Notes under the pieces: model-generated
Told to the model about the DNA's origin: nothing
Databases searched by the model: none
What the model saw: only the letters and a program-made list of their open reading frames with translations
Made by a program: the position numbers and the translations under genes
In this document: in pieces, positions 1-11,772 of the stretch
Position numbering within the stretch: position 1 is the stretch's first letter
Layout: the number at the start of each line of letters is the position of its first letter
Source: Octopus vulgaris
Taxonomy: Eukaryota
Length of the DNA stretch: 64,000 nucleotides
Reading direction: 5' to 3'
Assembly: GCA_951406725.2 (NCBI GenBank)
Contig: OX597816.1
Coordinates: 169,818,001 to 169,882,000, forward strand

Positions 1-334
1 CATCCTTTCGGGGTTGATAAATTAACTACTCATTAAATTTCAGGACTTGTGCCTTTGGTAGAAAGGATCATTATTATTATAATTTGCTAATATTTACTAT
101 TATTTGGTTAGGAATACACTTTTGTATATTACCCATCGCTTTGCTTGCATTATAAATAAAAATGTCTGCGAATATTGAGTTAATGTTAGGAAAACGATTC
201 TTTACGTCCATGCGCCTATGTCCTTGTACTATATTTGCTAGCTTATCACAGCCATGATAATCACCAGTCTTTGTAGAGGCCAGTATTAACTTCAAAAGAT
301 ATCAGCTTCTTTACTTAAGTATAACCAGTAACAG

Positions 335-1958
335 AACTGGAGAGAACATAAAGGTTTTGTCATATTGATTAATTGCAAAACGGACGAATGACAAAACACG
401 TTAGTGCCAAACTGATAATTTCCTAGTAAATGCCGCAAGGTTTTCCCTGCTTTGAATAATATGCACGTCATTTTTCCTGCTTCGACATATTCAAATCTTT
501 GAGATAGATGGCTGGTAATATCAGCCAGATATCACATTTTCCTCTTCAATATTGTTCGCGAGAGGGGTTCACCGGTGTTTGAGAAATTCATTAATTTTAT
601 ACTGAATTTCCATTGTACATGTAAAAAGCATATATCATCCAACGCAACGTTGTGTGGTACATTAAAACACAACATAATGCTCGAATCCTGTCTGAGAAAT
701 TTAAAATTGCCAATGATTTAATTCACGTTTATGCAAAATATTTTTACTACCAAATCTCCCGCATCATAGCCTACCAACTTAAAAAAAAAAAACACATTTG
801 TTTATTCACACGTACATATAGAGTTTCAATCATTTGATAGAGTGGTTACAGCTGAACTTTTTCTAACCGTTCGTCAGTCATTCAAACCAACTAAGATGGA
901 GCGGCCACGTGGTTAGAATGACTGACGAACGACTTCCCAAACAGATCGTCCACTCCCAACTCAAAGACGGCTTGCGTACAAAAGGAGGCCAGAAGAAACG
1001 CTACAAGGACTCCCTGAAAATGAACCTCAAAAAGTGTGACATCGACTTCACTAACTGGGAGGAAACGGCAAAAAACAGACCACTCTGGAAAACCACCATC
1101 CATGAGGGAACGGCGACTTTCGAGTCGAAAAGGTCTGCAGAGCTGGAGGAGAAAAGACGACGACGGAAGAAGCACCAACAACAACCACGTGCGACTCTCC
1201 CTTCCGGCACTAGATGTCCGCACTGCGACCGATCTTTTCAAGCAAGAATTGGTCTTATTGGTCACCTACGGACTCACCAGTAAATTTGCGCGAAGACCAT
1301 CATCCTCGACCTTGAGGGATTGCCATCATCATCATCACAGCTGAACAACATTTGATCATAGTTCTGAGAAGCATCATCAACAGCTGCAGAAATTCTAATG
1401 TGCATAAGCGATGGTTGAGCGAGGGTCGGCTTCCGGGATCCGTCGCCCCATATGGGCAAGGTGATGCTATGCTTCTGTTGAAATTATGAGTTCGTTCATT
1501 ACGAATTCGTTTCGGACGGTCGAACCATCAATATCAATCTATACCCCAGACAGCTGGAGCGGATATATGCCGGCATCGGTTAACAGTAAGCAAGCTTTTC
1601 AGCAGCAAGGAAAATTAAAATTTCATACAGCTCGAACGATCCATAATGAAGTACAGGAACTTGAGGGAATTGAACTGATGCTACACCCAGCATAAAGTCC
1701 GGATGTAACCCCCTTGGATTATTACATGTTCCACTTCGTGGCTCATTTCCTGCGCACACAACGCTTCATCAACCAAGAGGAGATGGAAGCTTCACTCAAT
1801 GAATTCTTCACCTCGAAGGACAAGAGCTGACAGATGGGTGGCTTTAGATAGTTCAACATGAATGCCTCTACTTTGAATGCTAGGCTGCTTTTGTAGTAAC
1901 ATGACAAATAAAGCAAATGAGTTACTAAAATATTACAGAAGTTTTGACCTTTCTATTA
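335..1958 (+). mobile_element. Decayed mariner (Tc1/mariner) DNA transposon, interrupted by an RTE LINE
   Basis: Broken frames read KVMLCFC*NYEFVHYEFVSDGRTININLYPRQLERIY (~1458-1570) and LMLHPA*SPDVTPLDYYMF (~1675-1735, the mariner HPPYSPDLAPSDY motif). Ends at ~340-365 and ~1930-1958 are only weakly inverted, so boundaries are approximate. Confidence 0.75.
858..1336 (+). mobile_element. 5'-truncated RTE-clade LINE (3' end of ORF with C2H2 finger)
   Basis: ORF 909-1283 reads (QLRWSGH)VVRMTDERLPKQIVHSQL...GGQKKRYKDSLK...CPHCDRSFQARIGLIGHLRTH. Short 3' UTR with a (CAT)n tail. 10-bp target-site duplication ACAGCTGAAC at 848-857 and 1337-1346. Confidence 0.9.
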
Positions 1959-1984
1959 TGGATACATTTTAATGGAGATCCTGA

Positions 1985-2810
1985 CTCAGAAAAAGATGCA
2001 TATCTTGAGAATATATGACCTAAATGGCAACCGATTCGCACATTGCTCTGGTGATGTTGAAATAGTAATAAAGCAAGAGGCAAATTCATTTGATATTATT
2101 GAAGTCACTGAGAGTGATAACTGAGTAAAATGGCAAGGGCAAATACCTGTTGCCAAGACAGAATGAGAGTTAATCAAATGATAGGGACTAGAAAAGTTCA
2201 AAGAGTATAAAGGCAGTGAATGCATTTGGAGAAATAAGAAGAGAGAACGTGACAAGAATATCTGAAATTCTTTCTTGTGAACGTATCGATGAAATGGGTC
2301 AGTGGTAATTGATTCATAAGCAATAACGTTATCTTCGACGAAATGTCCAATGAACAACTACTGGTGAGCGACATCGCCCAGAACCTCCAATTAGACCTGG
2401 CTTTAAGGAAGATGTTCTGGCGTTCTCAAAGGAAAGAAAGAGTCTCAAGATGTCAGTGAAGGTAGTTCTTCTCTTTTCATAACTGTTGAAATTGAGAAGG
2501 TTAGGTAGAAAATTGGCAGATGAGGGAGGTTGTATTTATTGAGAATGGAAGATATAATGGGTCCAAGCGTTGGTACAGCCCTCTGGAGAAAAGAGTATGA
2601 TTAAAGTGTTTGGCAAAGGCAGGCAAAAGAAAAAAAGAATGAAAAGATAAAAGTTCGGAGTCGGTTTACCAAGATTCTTAAAACATTTCGATTGGACTTT
2701 GAAAATGACCGAATACAAAGATTCAAGAATTAGAATTAATGTGTCCCAGTTCACGTATTAATTCGGTCCCAGAGCGTAGGAAAATTGAAATGCTTGATAC
2801 CTTCAAAAAT
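1985..2810 (-). mobile_element. Probable highly decayed LINE fragment
   Basis: Non-microsatellite, stop-ridden sequence with faint pre-RT-like text (SPE...SYILK). No clean motif. Confidence 0.25.
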
Positions 2811-2838
2811 AACAAGGAAGTGAAAAGTTAAGTGTATA

Positions 2839-3351
2839 TCTATATATATAAAACTGTAGTTGTGTGAGTGTCTGTCCTCTTCGATTTAGATTCCTAACTA
2901 CTCCCACATTTTGGGGTGCAGTTTAACCAAATTCGGGTATCTTATAGTCGTGATTAATATCGAGCCCGTCTGAGTATTAGCGCGCGTCTACGATGAGTCT
3001 ACGATTTTAAAAATAATTTAACATCATTTTTTATTCCATTTTAATGCATAATTTTTCGTGTGTCGATGGCGGCGGAATTGGTGTCCATGGTCACACCTGC
3101 ACCTGTTTGCTTCTCCCCTTTCTTCCCTCCCTCGTGAAGCTGTGGAGAAGGGAGTGTAAGGAAATCAACGTCGTAAAGCGTTGTCAAGGAGACCAGCGTT
3201 CTTTTAGAACAACGACTTCATGGTTTGAAGACACCAAAACAGAAATGGCTAAGAAAGCCCGAATTGGCATCTATAAGGGAAGTAACTCTCTAAAAATGCT
3301 TATATAGTTATTTCCCTTACAAACCCGAGCAACGCCGGGCGATACTGCTAG
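2839..3351 (+). mobile_element. Non-autonomous Helitron (copy 1)
   Basis: 5' TC, 3' hairpin CCCGAGCAACGCCGGG followed by CTAG, inserted between A and T with no TSD. Both ends are shared with 38716-39115. Confidence 0.85.
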
Positions 3352-3382
3352 TATATATATATATATATATATATAAAGCCAA

Positions 3383-3427
<45 letters not shown>

Positions 3428-3446
3428 CATACATACATACATACAC

Positions 3447-3645
3447 ATAATAAGGAGATGAACTTGCATAGAAAGTAACCTGATCTGAGACTGTGTGCTG
3501 AAACAAAGACAATTGCAGCGTGGAAGGTGTTTATAAGCCATTTAAAAACACACAAAAACCGTTAGATTCACTTCGACATTTAAATCTATTTGTCAAAATA
3601 CTTTCGTCACTGACAAGATTCCGTGCTGCATCTAAGAAAGTAACA
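3447..3645 (-). mobile_element. Microsatellite-embedded repeat fragment, possibly a PLE 3' end
   Basis: Sits between (TA/CATA)n tracts. The minus strand has ttgtca..GACGAAA.gtatt.tgacaa, which resembles a collapsed hammerhead. Confidence 0.3.
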
Positions 3646-3654
3646 GTTAGTTTA

Positions 3655-4070
3655 TGATATGTATGCATGTATGTATGTATATACGTACGTATGTAAGTAT
3701 GTGTGCATATAAGTATGCATGTATGTATGTACGTATGTATGTATGTGTGCATGTATGTATGTGCTTATGCATATGTGTACATGCGTATGCATGCGTGCAT
3801 GCCTGTGCGCATGTATGTATGTATGTATGTATGTATGTATGTATGTATGTGTGTATGTATGTACGTATGTACTTATGTATGTATGTGAGTATTTAGGTAT
3901 GTAAGTGTGTAGACGTGTGTGTGTGTGTGTATATGTGTATGTACATGTGTACATATGTTTATGTACTGATGTGTGTGTCCGTTCAAGTTGTATATATGAC
4001 TGTTACTCTGTCGAAGGTTGTATATACATATATATATATCTGTGTGTGTTTGTGTGTTTGTGTCCCCCTC
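3655..4070. repeat. Compound (TATG)n/(TG)n microsatellite
   Basis: Directly visible; source of the spurious CMYV/HTYI ORFs. Confidence 0.95.
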
Positions 4071-4259
4071 ACCACCGTCTAATGGTGAATGTACGAGCAC
4101 ACTCAATCATATGAGTTCGTATACACACTCAAATATATAGGTATAATCTTAAATTATACACATATATGCGCTTATCCATCTACACAAGTGAAACTATTTT
4201 CGCAGACCCTGTTTACTCCACTCACACTGCTGTAAACTTTTGTCTAATCCATTGGTAAT

Positions 4260-5075
4260 CCGCAGTGACTCAGCGATGTCAAGAACTACCAAAATCAATA
4301 TCGCCGTGGCAGACTTAGAGTAATGTGAAACGCATCCCCACTTATGCCAACCACAAGAACGACAACAACACATCCAGAACGATATATTTCGAATGCAACG
4401 TTCCGGTTACACACAGTACGATAGAATCAGAGTGTAAAAAGGAGCGAAAACAAGACTGGAACGCATTTTAAGAAACGACGAAAACGGCGTATGCCCCCCC
4501 CCCCACACCTATTCTGCAACAAGTTCTGGAATAGGTTGGAGAGGGACACCAACAAAAGAAATAAAAATAATACTTGGTATGATAACAAGAAGTTTCAGTG
4601 TAATGTTTGTTGACGCTACACCTAAGAACGAATTAAGTAGGGCATTTAAGAACATCCTAAGATCAAAGTTGTAGAAAAGACATGAAGGGCTATCAAATCT
4701 GTATTAGTAAATCATATCCATTTGATAGAATCACGTGTCAGAATAAGTGTTCAGTATGTTCTACAAACCCACATGTGAACTGCAAAAAGAAAAACACTGT
4801 ATACCAGATGAAATGCCACGAAGGGACTTAACCCAGAGTCATATATTGGTGTGATTTCTAGGAGTATCAATGATAGGTTCATCTGAACAACTACATTGAA
4901 AAAAAAACTCCATCTTCTATCAGCATGCTGTAGACTGCCACAATGGCTCCTTAGGGAGACTTAGGTTAGACATCTTATCTACATTTCCCACTGATGCCAT
5001 GCTGAGACAAATCACTGAAGCTGTCTCTATACAGGAATACAAACCCACTATCGACCTTTAATCCGAATAGAGTAA
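4260..5075 (+). mobile_element. Decayed Penelope-like element (RT thumb to GIY-YIG endonuclease)
   Basis: Broken frames DSAMSRTTKINIAVADL..., RMQRSGY, RILRNDENGVCP, VMFVDATP, TVYQMKC...SYIG..SRSINDRF and QITEAVSIQEYKPTI occur in the order expected for a PLE. Confidence 0.7.
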
Positions 5076-5349
5076 CACTGATTCCACTCTAGAGTACCCG
5101 TCTATAATCACCCCTTTCCCTCATTTACATGTAGAAATCCATACATACATGTTGAGATCCATGATACTGAAATACATATATGTAGTTATATATAATCGTA
5201 TTAGAGTACATAGATTAATATGTATGTCTATATGTGTAGATGTATGTGAATTTTAGCGTGCGTGTGTATGTGTACGTATGTGTATGTATTGTGTGAGTAT
5301 ATGTGCATGTATGAGTGTGTATATATATATATATACATACATACATACA

Positions 5350-5491
5350 TTCCTTCTCCTGTATTTCCGACGAAGAGCTCCGCTCGAAACTTTAAACCCT
5401 CCTTCTTTCCTTCTTTCCTGAGCGTCCAATAATACTATATTTGTTCCACGTCCTCGCGTTGTTGTGTTTTTCTGTGCTTTCTTGCTTGGAT

Positions 5492-5496
<5 letters not shown>
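5350..5496 (+). mobile_element. PLE-type 3' terminal repeat with hammerhead-like motif
   Basis: CCGACGA-a-GAGC(tcc)GCTC-GAAAC at 5367-5390; ends in (TA)n. Related copies at 58810-59000 (+), 10305-10490 (-), 25168-25326 (-) and ~42990-43090 (+). Confidence 0.6.
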
Positions 5497-5525
<29 letters not shown>

Positions 5526-5529
<4 letters not shown>

Positions 5530-5778
5530 TAATACTAAGTAATTAAGGGTTTAGCAACGAATTGCCTCACCAACACACCGAATTTAGAAATAGCAGTCAA
5601 AGAGATATAGCTATTCCTTCTACTAAAAGGGGGATCTCAGTAAAAACACAGCACTTGTTTTTACTGAGATCCCCCTTTTAGTAGAAGGAATAGCTATATC
5701 TCTTTGACTGCTATTTCTAAATTCGGTGTGTTGGTGAGGCAATTCGTTGCTAAACCCTTAATTACTTAGTATTACTTA
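5526..5778. repeat. Long palindrome in (TA)n (123-bp arms, 7-nt spacer)
   Basis: 5526-5648 is the reverse complement of 5656-5778. The right arm continues ~90 bp of unique sequence before the next (TA)n. Confidence 0.95.
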
Positions 5779-5867
5779 AATTTTCCTCGAATGGGGCTTT
5801 TACATGCCGAAATCTACTTGGTGTAATTGATAATTATCCCTAATTAATTAATTTCACCCTTTATTAT

Positions 5868-5914
<47 letters not shown>

Positions 5915-5943
5915 AAAAAAGGAGATGTCGAACACGAGTGGTG

Positions 5944-6176
5944 ATATATAAAAAAGGAAATGAAGAAAATGCTGACAAATAATTGAAGTAATTTAAGTAA
6001 TTTAATTAGGTGAAAGTTCTTTTTACCGGTTGCGCATTTGTTATGCTTATCAAAATATGATATATTTTGATAAGCATAACAAATGCGCAACCGGTGAAAA
6101 GAACTTTCACCTAATTAAATTACTTAAATTACTTCAATTATTTGTCAGCATTTTCTTCATTTCCTTTTTTATATAT
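5944..6176. repeat. Long palindrome in (TA)n (115-bp arms) with degenerate hammerhead
   Basis: Arms 5944-6058 and 6062-6176 with one mismatch seen. Contains TTGATAA-GCAT(aacaa)ATGC-GCAA-CCGGT. Confidence 0.9.
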
Positions 6177-7606
6177 ATATATATATATATACACAACATT
6201 ACTATGGAATATATAATATTTATTGTCATAACTTTGATTTGTCTTTGAGACAAAAAGAATCGCAACTAACGGGATGAAAAGCCGAATAAAATATATTTCA
6301 ATTTATATTAAAGAAAGATATTGATTGAATATGAATATATAACAATGTAAATTATGAGAGTTTTGATCTGAGTGTCATAATGCATTGGTAAAACTTATTG
6401 TGTTTCGTTGTGTTTCATTTCATCTCTACGTATCAACATGAAATGAAAATTAACATACGTTAAACATTTAAGAAAAGTTAAGAGAGAAACTCTTACTTTG
6501 ACAAGAGCATCAAATGAAATGAAAGTAGTTTACTAGGAACCGAAAGCGTGTCACAAAGTTGGTTCAACAAGGGCTTGCAACACCCTTAGAGTGTTCTACC
6601 GCGCGCATACATACCTGCCCCTACATGCATACATACCTGCCCCTACATGTACACACACACACACGCCGGCAGTCTTAGATTTCCTCGTATTCGATTATGA
6701 TCTCCAATCGTGCCTTAAAAGTGATATGATTACAGTGAAATGGACTATGGCAAACCATCCGTCATATTCCGTTCGTCTGCAGAAACGCCTTATTTATTTA
6801 ATAGCAAAGTTGGTCTTAGTGGTGGGATTTATTTTGCGTTTTGTTTCCTTGAGGCCAAAAGATAAATTGAATACTGCACGTTGGCTAAACATTCATACAT
6901 TTTACGGTATTGCAGCTGTTATTTACATTAACGAGTAGTTTCATTCCTGAAGTTATTACTTATAGCTATGTGGATGATAAACCGACCGCTCAAATTATGC
7001 GTATTCACTTCAAATTCGTACCTAAGTTTTCACACATGATCAAGTTTCTTTTATTGACGTAAAATCACAGGTGTTTGTTGAAATGATAAACTATTATATT
7101 CTTTTCCCCAAAAAATAGCATTTATAAACACGATTTCCATTTCTTTGCAGCATCCGGAGTAGCTCCTCCACCATTGGACTCCTGGAGTATTAGTGGTATT
7201 AAGTAAGTATATAAAGATACCTATAGTAGTAAGCATAACTGCGTAGTAGTTATGCTTACTAGGGCCAACTTTATGTCATCACCTTTATTTCAATTCCTAT
7301 TTGAATATTAGACCTTGCGTCTATATAAGAAATCAATATAAATATTAGCAAATGGTTAGATCACGCGCAGCAAGGACAGAAAATGTACCTTTCAACTCCA
7401 ATTATAAAGCATCTTCATATTATGTTAAATCCTGGGGGCAAGAACAAATAGCATGCAGCATTTAGGATCACTAGTAGCGTTCATAAAATTTCTGGCGCAA
7501 TTCACGTACCGTTGATAGTATTCACGACACGTTTGTTCTATTTATAAACCCCTAACACAGGAATGAGATAGTCTGCGCGCTCTACTAGACATGGTGGTTC
7601 AATATC

Positions 7607-7680
7607 TTAAATCCTTAAATCCTTAAAAATGTTTTAGCCCGAAGGCCGCGGCTATGCTGGGGAACCACCGCTGCTTGATA
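7607..7680 (-). mobile_element. Retroposon 3' tail fused to the U2 copy
   Basis: Minus strand GCGGTGGTTCCCCAGCATAGCCGCGGCCTTCGGGCTAAAAC plus (ATTTAAGG)n resembles the GGCGGTGCTCCAGCATGGCCGCAG...GAAAC tail of SINE family B in this window. Confidence 0.7.
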
Positions 7681-7854
7681 TGGGCTGAATCCTGGAAGTA
7701 CTGCTATACCAGGCCAACCCGTGGCAAAGGCGGAGCAAGCCCCTAACTCTTCGTCTCGTTCTAAAAATCAGTTTAATATCGATGATCCCAAATAGGGACC
7801 GTATCAGATATTAAGCTGATAAGAACAGATACTACACTTTGATCTTAGCCAAAA
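7681..7854 (-). pseudogene. RNU2: U2 snRNA copy lacking the first ~14 nt
   Basis: Minus strand reads TTTTGGCTAAGATCAAAGTGTAGTATCTGTTCTTATCAGCTTAATATCTGATACG... It includes the branch-point-pairing GTAGTA, an Sm-like ATTTTTAG and the 3' stem-loops ending CCAGGATTCAGCCCA. Confidence 0.93.
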
Positions 7855-7889
7855 TCTCTCAAATATCTCTCAAAGGATACGTCAAACAT

Positions 7890-9124
7890 GTAAAAACGAA
7901 ACAAATAGTGCTATAGCTATGATGACTCGGGGCTAAATAACTAAAGCGCATTCCTGGTAACTAAACTTAGAAACAAATGAAGCATTTGTATGTGATAAGA
8001 ACTTACAACTACCCAATTTGCAGTCCTTATCTTAACATTTCGATAATTGTTCTGAAAAACACTATACCGCTTGCAGGTTTAAGTATATGGTGATGCTTGT
8101 ATATGGTCTATATGCTTGTATATAAGTATATGGTGTTGGGTTTCCGCCGTTCGACAATGTGATTCTATTGACAGTCATTCTGTCAATAGAATTACCTGCT
8201 CATGAAATAACATTTAAGTAGTTGAGATTTTCAGAGACACGTGTATCAGTACCCTAATTCGCAATCAGAATTATTGTGGTACAGTGAGTGGCATGGTAGC
8301 ATCTTCGTTTGAATTACAGATATAATTCGCTCGATAGATTTCAATAGAGTTTACATCTACCCACTCACCAAGTTATAGAGCAATTCCAGGTTTTATAAAT
8401 TAATATTTGCCTGGCCAAGTGGCTACAAAACGAAATTATTTATCATTCGGCCATATTGCAACCACACCGATTTAAGTGCGCTCATATACATACACACAGA
8501 CATATGCACATATTTTTAATATTATGCTATGATAGCAAAATTATGAAACGTTTTTTATCAGAGATATAGATCCTAACCTGGCAATCATCCTAAATGGCTG
8601 AATGTAACAGTATGTCTTGTAGTCTTTGCCAGTGGACGCCCTCATTCGTCACCTGATAGAGTTTTAGGGATGCAGCAAAAAATCAGAACGAGATTCATGC
8701 AAGAAGTTGGCAAGTCAAAGCTTAAAGAAATAAAAATTAAGTTCGTCAGAGTTGTGTTCCTTGGATTAGGACAAAATATCCACCTAAGTATACGAAATAT
8801 AGTCTTGTAGTTTGGGATTAGGGTAGAGATGTGAGGTAGGAGTAGAGGATGAGTGAGTGTTGGAGAGGGCTAATTGTTAATTATTAATCGAACGAGTGAA
8901 TTCACATCATCGGACAGCAGAAATCTATCGATATCATCACGCTATACTTAAATCAATATACACTATGGCATGTTAGAGAGTAAATATCGAAACACTTGAG
9001 TAAGGACCGCAAGCGGAGAGGTAATAAGTTCTTATCAGATACAAATGCTTCATTTTTTCTAAGTTTAGTTACCAGGAACTTGCCCCGAATCATCATAGCT
9101 TGAGCCATATTAATATCGTCTTTG

Positions 9125-9125
<1 letters not shown>
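7890..9125. mobile_element. ~1.2-kb non-coding element with ~100-bp inverted ends (foldback/MITE-like)
   Basis: AGCTATGATGACTCGGGGC...TTCCTGGTAACTAAACTTAGAAACAAATGAAGCATTTGTATGTGATAAGAACTTA (~7915-8005) is the reverse complement of ~9024-9100. Internal hairpin at 8162-8192. Confidence 0.7.
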
Positions 9126-9174
<49 letters not shown>

Positions 9175-9176
<2 letters not shown>

Positions 9177-9468
9177 ACCGTGATCGATCAGGCTATCAGA
9201 TGCCGCTACACATCGTTGGTCACAATGCGCTTCGCATTGTTTTAGCCTTCAAATTACGCCACCCAGCTGGCTAAGCCAGCAGGCCAAAGGGCGTGAGAAA
9301 TTTGTACCGAAAGAGTACAGCAGGGATCGCCATCACTCTCTGCCGGAGCTTCGTGTACCTTTAGGTGTTTTCGCTCAATAAACACTCACAACGCCCGGTC
9401 TGGGAATCGAAACCGCGATCCTACGACCGCAAGTCCGCTGCCCTAACCATTGGGCCATTGGGCCTCCA
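9175..9468 (-). mobile_element. tRNA-derived SINE, family A head with a different 3' part
   Basis: 9300-9468 matches the head of 21324-21706; 9175-9295 does not match its body. Confidence 0.75.
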
Positions 9469-9488
9469 CACACACATATATACATATA

Positions 9489-9543
<55 letters not shown>

Positions 9544-9544
9544 C

Positions 9545-10048
9545 AAATGCCCTGATGCAGTACCAAGCAGTGGCTCTCATGACTCCTGATCTAGGGCTAC
9601 AGCAAATATTCTGCTCTATACCGCAGATTTGCTTGTCAGTTGTTTGACCTTAACCAGTTGACGTGTCCCTTAGTGGCTGACGATATGTGCATCTCTGATC
9701 ACAAGCAGAAGTAGTGGGGGAGCATCATAGCCATGTGTTGAAAGGGATTCTTGGAGGTTTGGATAATTCACCTTTAGAAACATGGGTGGTTGGTTGAACG
9801 TCCTTAATCCTTATTCAGGGACCTTTTGAGCGAGATGGGCTACTTAACCAGAAGAAAATTGTAACTGGGCCCCACTTGCAAAGTTATATGCTGTTTATCT
9901 TGATATGAGATCACCATGTCGCGTACATATAGTTGTGATGCATGTGCCTAGTGTACGCTTATCAGACGCGTACTCATGATGGGTATACTCGGCTTCGTAT
10001 ATTTTTACCCCAGTGTCAATTTGATGGCATGCACTGCTCTCTCATTCA
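9545..10048. mobile_element. ~500-bp interspersed repeat embedded in an (AAT)n microsatellite
   Basis: More GC-rich unique block flanked on both sides by (AAT)n (9488-9540 and 10050-10170). No ORF. Confidence 0.5.
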
Positions 10049-10063
10049 ATATTAATAATAATG

Positions 10064-10141
<78 letters not shown>

Positions 10142-10245
10142 TGTAGTAGTAGTAATAATAATAATAATAATATGAGAGAATATTATTCCAAACTTTCATG
10201 GAAAAATTCAATTTAGAAATGGTAAATCAAATTTTACCAAATATA

Positions 10246-10303
<58 letters not shown>

Positions 10304-10304
10304 G

Positions 10305-10490
10305 GTGAGGGGAGAATTCACAAAAAAAAAACAAAATACGAAGACTGGTGGTGTAGACAACAAACGGATGTATTTCTATAACACTCGTGAAGTGAAAAAG
10401 TCTTTAAAGTTTTGATATTACGCTCTTCCACAGAACGGAACACAGAAGGAAACAAAGAGAGAAAATAAAGAATGTATAGTGGCTAGCGAT
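10305..10490 (-). mobile_element. PLE-type terminal repeat, degenerate copy
   Basis: Colinear with 25168-25326; flanked by (TA)n. Confidence 0.6.
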
Positions 10491-10508
10491 CTATCTACCT
10501 AGCTACTT

Positions 10509-10553
<45 letters not shown>

Positions 10554-10558
<5 letters not shown>

Positions 10559-11234
10559 AGCTTAGAGAAGAAGAAGAAACGAAACGAAACCAAACGAATC
10601 GAATCGAATCGACGCGAAGGCGCTCAGTCATACAATAGTGTAATAAATAAATTATATGCATACATACAAACATATATGTACGTACCTACATCTACATGTA
10701 TATATACATGCATATATAAATATATATACGTGTGTACAGGACACCACAAATAAACGTAGAACTCAACGAGAAACGAAAACGTAAAAACAGCATGGAACGG
10801 ACCATTCCTTTAACAACGAAAAAACAGAGTACAAGACAACTACACACGGAAAAATCCCCTTCATCAGCCGTCCCTAGTTCAACGCCAGCGTGTTTCGAAG
10901 GTGAAGACAGAACGCGTCTCGTCGAACTAGTCCTTCCTGCGAAAGAATTAAATAAAATTCCTTTGCAGAGGGGTAAAAACAAGGAAAAAAAATGTGACAA
11001 AAACAGGACGTAAAAACAATACAATTAAAAACAAATACAAAATAAAATACAATTATAAAATATACAGTACAAGAAGGAATAGAAATAGGACAGGAAAACA
11101 AATAAAGAGGGCCTATAAGCCTAGACGATGAAAAAAAATATAATTTTTTCACGAGCGCAGGAAGAAACATGTTTACTTGAACAAGGCTGCCAGCGAAAGG
11201 AAGATCGTAGACCCGGCTGTGAGAGAGATGAGGA

Positions 11235-11266
<32 letters not shown>

Positions 11267-11384
11267 GAAGGAAGCAAAAGAGGGTGAAAGAAAGAGAGAA
11301 GAAGGAGTTATAAGGTTTCGCGTCATAATTATATATAAAAACCAGCTTAGAGAAGAAGAAACCAAACGAAACCAAACGAATCGA

Positions 11385-11389
<5 letters not shown>
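10554..11389. mobile_element. (TA)n-flanked element with ~50-bp terminal direct repeats (pLTR-like)
   Basis: AAACCAGCTTAGAGAAGAAGAAAC...CAAACGAATCGAATCGA occurs at 10554-10612 and 11339-11389, with (TA)n on both outer sides. Confidence 0.65.
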
Positions 11390-11415
<26 letters not shown>

Positions 11416-11469
11416 AGCAAATTAGCTAGGTAGGAAATCTCTATAAGAGATGAAAGCAGTAACTATACA

Positions 11470-11625
11470 GAGAAGTGATGTTTATCGCCACATCAACATG
11501 GCTATTCCATAGGAACCGATGTTACAACCATTTTAAAACCAGGAGGACACCTCCTCCAGATGGTTATCGATGTAATCTGCAGTCGATATATGTTGCAAGC
11601 AGGGAAGCGAACCCTTTCTTCTTTA
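11470..11625 (-). mobile_element. Diverged fragment of the family seen at 43437-43813
   Basis: CCAGGAGGACACCTCCTCCAG..GG.TAT and the flanking ATGGCTA / GGGAAGC blocks match the reverse complement of 43670-43813. Confidence 0.6.
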
Positions 11626-11772
11626 CGTCGTTAGGGTGTTATTTGAGAGATATTGAGGCACTATTTCTAGTAGAGTGCGCATTGAGGCACTGTTTCTAGT
11701 AGAGTGTGCAAGCCCTCTCATCAGTGTGTCGGTGGTTTGTTAATAGAGAAAGCGTGTTGTGAATGCCCAGGC

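Noticed and set aside
5780-5830. Hammerhead in the tail of the first palindrome
   Set aside because: CCGAAA is present, but the CUGANGA box and stems cannot be assigned.
6591-6938. 115-aa ORF with a hydrophobic stretch as the peptidase N-terminus
   Set aside because: No suitable phase-2 donor found and no recognisable homology.
7681-7854. Functional U2 gene, or Utopia/Keno insertion site
   Set aside because: The 5' end is missing, a retroposon tail replaces the 3' box, and U2 is not interrupted internally.
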